Assembly: GCA_000165345.1 (NCBI GenBank) | Contig: CM000430.1 | Coordinates: 224,001-288,000, forward strand | DNA length: 64,000 nucleotides | Direction of reading: 5' to 3' | Shown here: positions 30,843-40,389 of the stretch, one piece after another | Numbering within the stretch: the stretch's first letter is position 1 | Layout of the letters: every line of letters starts with the position of its first letter | Notes under the pieces: generated by a model | Told to the model about the DNA's origin: nothing | Database searches by the model: none | Seen by the model: the letters and a program-made list of their open reading frames with translations, nothing else | Translations under genes and position numbers: made by a program

Positions 30843-31850
30843 ATGTCTTCAGAAGCAGTAGATGTGAAATCTCCAAGACTATTCGCTTGTGGATATCCTG
30901 GTTGTCATGCATCGTTTAAAAGAAGGTCTCATTTGGAGCGTCATGCTCAAACTCATACCGGAATAAAGCTTTTTAAATGTCATGAATGTTCAAAAGCATT
31001 CGGAAGAAGTGACCACTTACGCCGTCATATGATGTTGGTACATAGCTCAATTGAAGAAAAAGCGAGTTATCCATGTTCATCCTGTAATAGTGTATTTATG
31101 AGTCCAACATCATTAAGAAGACATATTAAAAGGTCACATGACACACCATATATTTGTGAGGTTTGTGGTAATCTCTTTCCATCTGCCACTTCCCTTCAGA
31201 GGCATACTCTCAGGCAACATCTTACTGCTGAAATTCCATTTCCTAATCGTACAGAAGATAGCAATTCAAAGCAATGTTGGTATGTTTGCAGAGCTGATCC
31301 TATGTTATGCTCTGCGGCTTTTCTTTCGTACCCTGGCTTAGTAAGACACATTAAATCTAAGCACTGGTCCTCGTCTAATGAGCCACAACCACTCATTCTT
31401 AACCAGAATCAGTGTATAATAAATAATGAGAATTCGCAAAATCAATGCCTATACGCCTTGCCTAATGAGGCCAACGTAGGCCATAACGAAAATGATCCCT
31501 TATTGAATAATACAATTGGGGAAAATAAAGATAGTGATATTGATTGTTCATATAGGTGTCCATACCCTGATTGTGGAAGATTTTATAGCTCAAAGAGCAA
31601 TGTCAGAAAACACATACAAGTTTCACATTGTAACAGCAAACCTTACGAATGCCACTTATGCCCCAAAAAGTACGGCTACAGAACTCCTTATATTCGCCAT
31701 ATGAAAAACAGCCACCCTGAATTCCAAGACGAAAACATAATAAATGACCATTGTAGTGGAATTACCACAATGGACGAATCTCACAGCGATCTAACGATAC
31801 CCGGAACTCCTCACTACCCTCCACTATACGTTGATGCTATTCCTTTTTAA
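30843..31850 (+). CDS. C2H2 zinc-finger protein (about eight fingers)
   Basis: 335 aa with repeated Cx2-4C…Hx3-5H units (CGYPGCHASFKRRSHLERHAQTH, CHECSKAFGRSDHLRRHMMLVH, CEVCGNLFPSATSLQRHTLRQH, CPYPDCGRFYSSKSNVRKHIQVSH, CHLCPKKYGYRTPYIRHMKNSH, and others). Confidence 0.85.
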   Translation: MSSEAVDVKSPRLFACGYPGCHASFKRRSHLERHAQTHTGIKLFKCHECSKAFGRSDHLRRHMMLVHSSIEEKASYPCSSCNSVFMSPTSLRRHIKRSHDTPYICEVCGNLFPSATSLQRHTLRQHLTAEIPFPNRTEDSNSKQCWYVCRADPMLCSAAFLSYPGLVRHIKSKHWSSSNEPQPLILNQNQCIINNENSQNQCLYALPNEANVGHNENDPLLNNTIGENKDSDIDCSYRCPYPDCGRFYSSKSNVRKHIQVSHCNSKPYECHLCPKKYGYRTPYIRHMKNSHPEFQDENIINDHCSGITTMDESHSDLTIPGTPHYPPLYVDAIPF

Positions 31851-32069
31851 TTTGGCTCGGGGCCGCATAATCATATTAAATGGAAGTAAACTAATTCAAA
31901 TTATCAAATTTTATAGTATCAATAGCTTGAAGCTTTAATTTTTGTTTATTTAAGAGATTTTCTATTTTATACAAAAAAAATTATTAGAATAGGAAAACAT
32001 ATGCAATAGTCTAATAGGAAACACCTATTATAAATTCACAATTCCTTAGGTGGTTAGAGCTTTGGATTA

Positions 32070-34091
32070 TTAGGCCTTCTCCTTCTTTGAAGATGAGTCT
32101 AAATTTTTGCTTGTCAATGAGTCAATATGCCTAAGTAAGTTTCTAGCCTTAAGAATTTGCTTTGCAAAAATATCCCCAAAGAATTTATCAACCTGCTTCC
32201 CTTCAATAATGTGTATTGTGTCTAGATCTAAAAGTAAGTCTACATCACCATTTAATTGAACCAGCTCACCAGAATGTAAATCTCCTGATTTCCAAATCTT
32301 CTGACGTCCAGATCTACTTTTAATTGCAATTATTTGAGATCTCGCGATACTTGATGGTTCCTGTACCTCAAAATCATCAGTAGTAGTTGAAGGCGTGCTA
32401 GATATTTCATTGGCTTGAGAGTCAGATCCACTATTACGAGACTTAATTACCTCGCGAGATTTCAGATTACCGTTTTTCTTTGCAATATGCATTAAACTTG
32501 CCAAAGTATCAACATTCAAATTATTGTAAAGCTTTGTGAAAGACCTAATCATAGAATTCAATTCATAAAGGTGCATCAGGGGTGAGAATGTCTGCATCTG
32601 CCTTTGTTGAGGTTCATTCTGATCAGCCTTTAAAATATGATCTCTTGGAGTTATTAAAGGCACACTTGGGGATATAAATCTTGGAGATACCTTAGATAGC
32701 ATTTCCTTCCAGTTTGAAGTGTCAGATCCCAGTGGGGAAAATGAGGGTGATGACTTTCTATCATTCTGATGTGATAAAGATTCCTCCATCCTATTAAAGT
32801 TGGAGCTATTTCCATAAGAAAGAAGTTGACAGAAGAGCATCAGCCATGACATTCTATCGATAAACTTTCCTATGGCATCGTGTTGGTATGGAGAAGAGTG
32901 AGCAGAAGAATTATTAGAATTCATTGCATTCGATGCAAAACTGACGGTACTCTGTTGGAATATACGGATTGCGTCGATGTATCTTTGTAACATCATGTAA
33001 GAAAATCCTAAGTAATACAAATAAGATACATAAGCAGTTTGCACCTTCCATAATAATGGGCGGAAAATCTGGTGATCAATTCCATTTGAAACCTCAATTG
33101 CAATGTAGTAGCTTCCAAGTAATGCATGTAACCTTAATAACCCGAGAATTGAGAAGTAACCAAGTTGATATCTAATAGGGAATGATTCAACAGAGTTTAG
33201 AACTTGTAAATGTTCCTGTTGAGAAGCTGTACTATCTGCACTCATTAGCAGTCTTACTTCACTTAAATCAACAAATGACTGGAATATTTGGAAAATAATA
33301 TCACATCTCCAAACATCTTGGTCCACCTTGGCAGCTCTTCCGTCATTTTGACCTTGTTCGCTCATTGAAATTACATGCGCTACCCTAGTTCTGTATCTAC
33401 ATGTGTCCTGGAATTGATACAAAAACTCATCAATAATGCCATGAATCATTTCTGGAGGTAGACATATTTCGTCTTCTCGATCAAAATTTGTACTTAAATT
33501 GTTACTTTCAAAATACTCCTTAAGAGAATTTGGAATCTGTGAACTTTGTGATTCAGTGCTTGAATGCCCCCTAAATAATAAATGATTAAACAATGCAATA
33601 TAGTTTTTCCATGATGAGACTCTATCTATCCATTTAACATGGTTGGGGAATTTAGCAAATATGTGACGATAATATTGCTCAATATACAAGAGTTTGGTCA
33701 GCTCCGAATAATTGTTGAAGCTATCAATTAAATTTTCCACCACTGATGGGTTTGGCCATCGAGATTTCATATAATACTTAAAGGTTAGATTATTATGTAA
33801 ATTTTCATTAAAGTATCGAATTCTATCAACATCACGACGTGAAATAGAATCATTTAGATTAATTAAGAAAGATTGCACTTCATCTGGAAATGACGTCTCT
33901 GAATTGTAACTCTGTTGAGTTTGAAGCTGACTTTCTATATTAGCGTTTTGAGACATTGGAGTTTCTTCCTCCTCTTCATTAATGCCGATTTCCAAGAGTG
34001 CATTTCTACTGGTTGACACGGCAACTGCAATTGCAGTATTTACGTCTTCTTCTACCTCCTCTAACTGATCTGGAACAATTTGAAAGGACAT
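32070..34091 (-). CDS. Eukaryotic translation initiation factor 3 subunit L (eIF3l)
   Basis: 673 aa. Several blocks align with human EIF3L: [12 protein letters not shown] vs [30 protein letters not shown] vs [43 protein letters not shown] vs [45 protein letters not shown] vs YYVGFAYLMMRRYQDAIRVF; and the C-terminal [21 protein letters not shown] vs IHIADTKVARRYGDFFIRQI. Confidence 0.85.
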   Translation of the reverse strand: [673 protein letters not shown]

Positions 34092-34512
34092 ATTAATTAA
34101 TTATTTGCTAAATATTATGATCTCACCAAATATAAAAATGAAAGTGATCGAATTTCAACGTCGTATGTAGAATCAAAACTAAATGCGGTAAACTAACATT
34201 TTTTTTTTGATTCGAGACACTGAAAAAATATTACCTAAATAATTTTCCCTCTTTTTTTCTCATTTAATAACATCCTAATTTCTCCTAAATAAGGCAATAC
34301 AAATTTTTATTACTTTATTTATACCAAACTACGTTTCTACAACTCCTCCCTGCTAGTTAAATTAGCCATTTGTTAACAATACTTATTAGCTGTCAAATTT
34401 CCACAGTTTTAATTAATTGGGAGCTTGCTTGCAAACAAATTAGTGTTCTGAGCAATAGAATTGATGCTTTCAATAAAAGTATTTGATTTCTGCTATTTTG
34501 GTACACATTGAT

Positions 34513-34525
34513 ATGGCGCGCAAAT
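34513..34525. promoter_or_regulatory. E2F-like variant ATGGCGCGCAAAT in the divergent eIF3L/ZPR1 spacer
   Basis: Seen in sequence, about 75 bp upstream of ZPR1. Confidence 0.35.
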
Positions 34526-34586
34526 ATTCTGTTTTTTAGGTAATTCTCTGGTTAAAGAAAGACTACATAAGTTAATATATTAAAAA

Positions 34587-36069
34587 ATGGGTGGAAATTC
34601 TGAATACAGCAGAGATGATGACACCGGTTTAACCATTATTCAATCACTCTGCATGAACTGTCATAAAGAAGGTGAAACAAAATTATTACTTACTTCCATT
34701 CCACAATTCAGAGATGTAATATTAATGTCATTTGAATGTCCACATTGTGGATTTAAAAATAACGAGATCCAATCGGGAGGTGTTTTGCAAGATAAGGGCG
34801 AGTGTATAGAGTTGGTTGTAACAAATGTTTCTGATTTAGATAGACAAATCGTCAAATCAGAATTTGCAACTATTTCTATATTGGAGCAAGAGCTTGATAT
34901 TCCTCCATCTACTCAAAAAGGAGTAATTTCAACAATTGAAGGTATAATCACAAAAACTATCCAAGGCCTTTCACTCAACCAAGAAGCAAGAATTGCTCAA
35001 GATCAAGAAGTAGGTGGGAAAATTGAAAAAATTATTAACAATTTAAAAGGATATCTAGAAGGTAAGGGACTTCCTTTTACTATCAAACTAGATGATCCAA
35101 GTGGAAATAGCTTTATCCAAAATCCAATTGCACCCCTTGTTGACCATAATATGAAAAGAAAACTTTATGATCGAACAAAGGAGCAGCTGGAAGAAATGGG
35201 ATACTATGGAGTTCAGAATCTAAAGGACGATGAAAGCCAGCGTATTTCTACATACCAACCAAAAAAAGATAATTCAAATGTAACATTCAGCAAAGGAGCT
35301 GACATACCTGAGCACTTAATCCCCCACTATATTGACTTGAATAAGAGTATAGAGGACCAAGGCGAGTTAGGTAGCAATGAAGATCGTATTAAGTTCGATG
35401 TACCATGCCCAAATTGTGGCAATAATGGAGAGAGTGACGTATGTGAAATAGATATCCCTGGCTTTAGAAGATGCCTTATTATGGCGTTTGTTTGCAATTT
35501 TTGTGGAATAAAAACTAATGAGTTAAAACCTTCAGGAGCATATGGAGAGCTCGCAAAAAAATGGTAAGTTTGTTTATATTTATCAAAATTAATTCAATTA
35601 TCATTTCTATTATTTTAGGATTTTGACTGTTGAAAGCGAACTTGACTTAAATAGAGACATCTTAAAAAGTGATACTGCTTCGATTGAGATTCCTGAAATT
35701 GAACTTGAAATGGGTATGGGATCTTTAGGATCACTGTTTACGACTGTTGAGGGTATGATTGTCAAAATTACAGACTCTTTGAAGGATTGCTTTACATTTC
35801 AAGGTGACTCTGCAACATCTGAACAAAAGAAAGGTTTCCAAAGAGTTATTGAAAAGCTGGAAAACTTGTTAGAAAAAAAAGAAAAGTTCACTCTAATCAT
35901 AGATGATGCAGCAGACCATAGCTTTATTGGCAAACGTATTGTTAATGGTCAATTTGTCCAGGATGATCAGCAATTGAAAACAGAAAAGTACCAACGTACT
36001 GATTATCAAAATGAAACACTTGGAATTAATGATATCAAAGTGGAAAATTACTCTGAATCCGAGAATTAA
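34587..36069 (+). CDS. ZPR1: Zinc-finger protein ZPR1, two exons: join(34587..35563, 35619..36069), intron 35564..35618
   Basis: Exon 1 carries two ZPR1-type C4 fingers (CMNCHKEG…CPHCGFKNNE and CPNCGNNGE…CNFCGIKTNE), each followed by an A/B-type domain. The ORF-track protein ends …ELAKKW* because TGG is followed by TAAGT; reading TG|GTAAGT…TTTTAG|G restores the frame (…KK-W-ILTVESELDL…). The downstream piece 35623..36069 starts with a TTG pseudo-start in the same frame. Confidence 0.75.
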
Positions 36070-37928
36070 TTTCCATTCTCGAGCTCCTCAATAATCTTTC
36101 TTATATATTTTTTGTATTTTCTTTTTATTTTTAAACCTTCAGTTTGAGTTATATCTTGATTATTACCAGCTACTAGAAAGATATTATTTGAACAATTTGG
36201 TAGGTAAAGATTTGTGCCATAGTCATCCCTATGTAATATATAGTTGAGTAAATATGTAATAGCCATCATTGGCTCTAATCCTTTTTTCTTTATTTGCCTC
36301 TCAATCTTTTTTCCAAACTTTGATATTTTCTTAATTCCTAGCTTTGATATATTTTGTTCATCAACGCTTTCACCTCTATCTAATTTTGACTTTCTTAGAA
36401 TATGTTCAGTAAAGGATATTAATCTTTTTGAAATAGAATGACTAATCGAATCAATATTTTGTCCAAATAAATATTGCAATTTAAACTTGGATCTGGTTCT
36501 TACAGAATATAAAACTATCCCTAATATATAGTTAAACCTTGTATCACGAATTGCTTCTATTTCTATGGCATAAAACCCAAGAATTGAAAGCAATGCTGAA
36601 AATTCCGTTATGTTTGTATTCCTAGGCAAAAACAATGCAATATTGTTTGCAACTGAAGAAAGACGGATAATCATCTCTTTATAATTCAAAGATGAATTAT
36701 TCTCTAAATTAAAATGTTTAAAACCATTGTATGAATATCCGCCCCATGGAGGAGAGGCAAAAGCCCATTCAAAATTTTCAAAATTGTTAAATACTTGCTT
36801 GGCGATTGAAAATGATTTAAAATCATATTTATTATGGCTATGGTTTTGGTACCAATCACAAAAATCTAAAATATCGCCATTAACAAAAACTATATTGCTT
36901 TTAGGGTCAAAGTACATGCTTAAATTATAACTGTCATCAATTGAATGTGCTATATTAAAATGTAGTGTAGGAGATCCAGAATCTCTAATTGCATCAATAG
37001 AATTTTTATCTCTAACATTGCTTTCAGTATTATTCCAAGATTGATCTCCATACAACTTATATATTTGTGAGTTATGTTTACAAATCAGAGTTCTAGAGTT
37101 TGAAATTTCTACTGAAATTACGCGTTTACAATGCTGAGAAAATGCTATTGTGTTACTACCAACTCCTCCGCATGCATCCAATACTGTGCAGCCTCTTAAT
37201 CTTCTAGCTATGTGCTGAGAAAGAATTTCGGGAGTTGCATCCATTATTGCATCTCCATCCAAAATGATTCCATCATCATACTTTTGAAATACAAGATACT
37301 CTCTTCCAACATTACCTGGGAAAATAGATAGATTTTTTTTCAAAAAATCAACGTTTACCTTTGTTTCTTTCTTCCTTTTTTTATTAATAAGAAATTCACT
37401 TCCCTCTTTAATATTTTTTGGACTATCTAATACTCCAAAAAGAGCTTCTTCTAATTCACGATCGTTTTCCTTAAATTTTTCAATATCAAATGAAATTCTT
37501 TCAAAGTTTTCTTTTTCAAATTCTGAATTGAGCGGTGTGCAAGGAAACCTCTCAGAAACAGAGTATAGTGAATTTTTACATAAATTGGGAATGATAGATC
37601 CGGGCATATTTGTATATCTGATTGGCAAATTTGTTATCCTCCTTGTAACAATTATTCCCCTAAATAGCTCTTTATTACCCATAGAATTCATAATATTCTC
37701 AATTCCAGAAGAAAAAAGCGATGAATTTGAAACTAAATTCAGCCAAGAACTTATTTCCCCTTTAATTATAACCAATTCATTTCCTGTAAATGAACTTTTC
37801 ATGTTTGATTCAACATTTTTTTTATATTCATTCTCGAAAAAAGTCAGCTCATTTACTTGACTATCTTGTGAAATCTTCTTTCTTTTCCTCTTTTTTGTAT
37901 TAACATCCACTATAGTTGAATCTACCAT
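36066..37928 (-). CDS. TGS1: Trimethylguanosine synthase (TGS1-type cap hypermethylase)
   Basis: 620 aa. Methyltransferase motif I VLDACGGVGSNTIAF (compare TGS1 VVDAFCGVGGNTIQF), the post-I acidic residue region (RVISVEIS) and the TGS1-specific SPPWGG motif (FASPPWGGYSY). Lys-rich N-terminus and a long C-terminal extension. Its stop codon overlaps the ZPR1 stop. Confidence 0.75.
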   Translation of the reverse strand: MVDSTIVDVNTKKRKRKKISQDSQVNELTFFENEYKKNVESNMKSSFTGNELVIIKGEISSWLNLVSNSSLFSSGIENIMNSMGNKELFRGIIVTRRITNLPIRYTNMPGSIIPNLCKNSLYSVSERFPCTPLNSEFEKENFERISFDIEKFKENDRELEEALFGVLDSPKNIKEGSEFLINKKRKKETKVNVDFLKKNLSIFPGNVGREYLVFQKYDDGIILDGDAIMDATPEILSQHIARRLRGCTVLDACGGVGSNTIAFSQHCKRVISVEISNSRTLICKHNSQIYKLYGDQSWNNTESNVRDKNSIDAIRDSGSPTLHFNIAHSIDDSYNLSMYFDPKSNIVFVNGDILDFCDWYQNHSHNKYDFKSFSIAKQVFNNFENFEWAFASPPWGGYSYNGFKHFNLENNSSLNYKEMIIRLSSVANNIALFLPRNTNITEFSALLSILGFYAIEIEAIRDTRFNYILGIVLYSVRTRSKFKLQYLFGQNIDSISHSISKRLISFTEHILRKSKLDRGESVDEQNISKLGIKKISKFGKKIERQIKKKGLEPMMAITYLLNYILHRDDYGTNLYLPNCSNNIFLVAGNNQDITQTEGLKIKRKYKKYIRKIIEELENGN

Positions 37929-37937
37929 CTATTTATC

Positions 37938-37957
37938 TTTTTTTTTTTTTTTTTTTT
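37938..37957. repeat. Poly(dT) tract, 20 nt (poly-A on the TGS1 sense strand), 10 bp upstream of the TGS1 ATG
   Basis: Direct reading. Confidence 0.9.
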
Positions 37958-38272
37958 AAATAAATCTGCATTGCATTTGGAAAATTTTCTTGTCAAATCT
38001 GGAAAAAAATACCGCCAAAAATGTATTGACATGTATTTTCTTCGAAAATTTTTATTATCTCTAGTACTCATTAACAAAATATCAACTAAACGAATCACTT
38101 TAATAATAGAAAGAAAAAAATCAAAAGAAACTCTCAGATACTCAGATGTATTTATGAGATTTAAATTAAATAAGTAAAATATATATTAAAAACTAATATT
38201 TATTATAGCTATAACCATTAAAACGTTGACTTAATAATTAATACTTAATAACAAGATATATAATTTAGCCCT

Positions 38273-39202
38273 TCACAAGAAAAAAGGTACAATGGCCTTC
38301 CTATGTTTTGGATAGTTAGCGAATTCTTTATGATAATTTCTGTGTTTCTTCAATGCCCATTGTGACATTTGAATAAATGCAATTAAAGTGTAAAGCCAAC
38401 AAGTAGCACAATTTGCAATAAAGCTAAAACATATCCATGAAAGTGTTTCCCAGAAGTAATTCGCGCATGAAACAAGATCAAAGCCAGAACCATAGGGAAT
38501 GCCTCTTTTTTTCGTACCTCTATCTCTTAATTTTCTCAAAACCAAATGAGAGTTAAAGTTCAGAGACTCAAAGACACACATTAAAATGGCAATAAAGTAT
38601 AGGGTTACGGGGGAAAATTCCGGAGGTGAGAACTTTGGATGAAATGTGTAGTATCCAACAGAAGCTCCAAAAATAAACCAGTAATGGAAACAATTTATTG
38701 GAAGTCTAATAATGGGCATCGTTGCATTCGAAAACCTGTGAACAAAACATGTTTCAATTTCTCTTTTAATATAATGGCATAAAGCCAGAGCAAAAGTAAG
38801 CTTTTGAGAAATACTCTTTGGAGGAGCAGGTTCCCCATAAATTAATGTTGGGAAAAAATAAAAAATTGGAAAAATTATAATTGGGCCAAGATATTCTATA
38901 AAGAATACTAACCTCCATGAAATTTGGACACCTAAATCTTTGAAATACAAAGTGGTGCCATTTTCAATTCCATAGTCCTCTAATTTTCCTTCTTTAAGCA
39001 CCTCTCCATTTGAGCTTGCAACATTAAACCATTGCCTTTCTGGATAATAGTGAAACTCTTCGTAAAATTGTAGCTTTAGGTCACTAACAGTAGCATCCTT
39101 ATCTATATTTAACACTGCAAGATGTTTCCCACTACGTTTTTTTACATATATTCGTATGATTGAGTCAGACTGGGATTCCTCCATTGTTGAATCCATATCC
39201 AT
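38273..39202 (-). CDS. Very-long-chain enoyl-CoA reductase (TECR/Tsc13 family; ubiquitin-like domain plus 3-oxo-5-alpha-steroid 4-dehydrogenase domain)
   Basis: 309 aa. N-terminal ubiquitin-like fold (IRIYVKKRSGKHLAVLNIDKDATVSDLK), then a polytopic domain aligning with TECR: DLGVQISW, CHYIKREIETCFVHRFSNATMP, LRKLRDRGTKKRGIPYGSGFDLVSCANYFWETLSWI, HRNYHKEFANYPKHRKAIVPFFL. Confidence 0.85.
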   Translation of the reverse strand: MDMDSTMEESQSDSIIRIYVKKRSGKHLAVLNIDKDATVSDLKLQFYEEFHYYPERQWFNVASSNGEVLKEGKLEDYGIENGTTLYFKDLGVQISWRLVFFIEYLGPIIIFPIFYFFPTLIYGEPAPPKSISQKLTFALALCHYIKREIETCFVHRFSNATMPIIRLPINCFHYWFIFGASVGYYTFHPKFSPPEFSPVTLYFIAILMCVFESLNFNSHLVLRKLRDRGTKKRGIPYGSGFDLVSCANYFWETLSWICFSFIANCATCWLYTLIAFIQMSQWALKKHRNYHKEFANYPKHRKAIVPFFL

Positions 39203-39334
39203 AATTAACTTAGAACTTAAAGGAACTTAACAAATATTTCTTTACCAAGTTTCGTTTGCGTTGTTTTCTCAAATTTTTGTGTTAAAATCACCTCATTACT
39301 TGTGTTTTATTGGTGGGCTTTTGCCAGTAACATA

Positions 39335-39347
39335 TTGGCGCCATTTG
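39335..39347. promoter_or_regulatory. E2F-like motif TTGGCGCCATTTG in the divergent TECR/Tpt1 spacer
   Basis: Seen in sequence. Confidence 0.4.
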
Positions 39348-39519
39348 TGAATACTCATAATTTGAGGGAATTAATAATTTTCTTGTCTACAAGTACCGTA
39401 AAGTCTTTAGCGGCATTAATTGTATTTGTTTTGTTTGACAAAAAAAAGCATATTTAAATGGGGAATACTAATTTGCGCATATTTTTAGATATATTAATTT
39501 ATTAGATTAATATATATTC

Positions 39520-40284
39520 ATGACGAAAACCTCAAATGTGCTTATTTCAAAGAAGTTAACTTGGCTACTTAGACATGGAGATCCAGCAAAGACTGGACTA
39601 AATATGAGAAATGATGGGTATGTAGAAGTTAACGAGATTTTGAAGCAAACCTGTATTTCTCTTGAAAAATTACACTATATTGTAGAAAATGATCCTAAAG
39701 GTAGATTTAGAATAATTGATGAAAATGGAAAAAATTTGATCCGTGCTAACCAAGGCCATTCTCTTTCATTTATAGAAGATGAAAAACTTTTGGCTAGATT
39801 TGAAATTGATAATAATTCGGAATTTATTCAAAGAATAATTATACATGGCACATATTTAGATAAATGGAAAAATATTAAAATAAATGGGCTAAGTCGTATG
39901 AGTAGATCTCATATCCACTTTGTTTCCGCTACCAATTTTAAATTGGAATCTATAAAGCAAGGTTCAAAAATTTCGGAAGATATGTGCATTGACCAAATTG
40001 TTAGGGAAATGTGCAATTATAAGTGTACAGCAGGTATTAGGCCAAACTGTGAAGTATTAGTGTTTATTGATGTTGTAAACTGTGTTACTAATAGCGCTGA
40101 ATATAAATTCTATCTATCAGATAATGGTGTAGTTTTAACAAGAGGCAATTCTCAAGGAATAATTGATTCAACAATGTTTCTTTTTTGTATTGATATAAAA
40201 AATGGGGAAATATTACTAAATAACATTAATAATGAACATAAAATTACTGAAATAGTTAGATTTATTGTTAATTCAGCCCGATAA
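39520..40284 (+). CDS. TPT1: tRNA 2'-phosphotransferase (Tpt1/KptA)
   Basis: 254 aa. N-terminal winged-helix motif (ISKKLTWLLRHGDPAKTGLNMRNDGYVEVNEIL) and catalytic region (HGTYLDKWKNIKINGLSRMSRSHIHF), matching the Tpt1 H-G-T…R-HIH signature. Extra C-terminal ~70 aa. Confidence 0.75.
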   Translation: MTKTSNVLISKKLTWLLRHGDPAKTGLNMRNDGYVEVNEILKQTCISLEKLHYIVENDPKGRFRIIDENGKNLIRANQGHSLSFIEDEKLLARFEIDNNSEFIQRIIIHGTYLDKWKNIKINGLSRMSRSHIHFVSATNFKLESIKQGSKISEDMCIDQIVREMCNYKCTAGIRPNCEVLVFIDVVNCVTNSAEYKFYLSDNGVVLTRGNSQGIIDSTMFLFCIDIKNGEILLNNINNEHKITEIVRFIVNSAR

Positions 40285-40389
40285 TTCTATAAATTCTAAA
40301 TTTTTTACCGCATTGTGCTATCAAAATTTCATAAATTTGCATGAAAAATCCCAAAATAATGATAAATATGTGCATTAAATAAAATAAGA

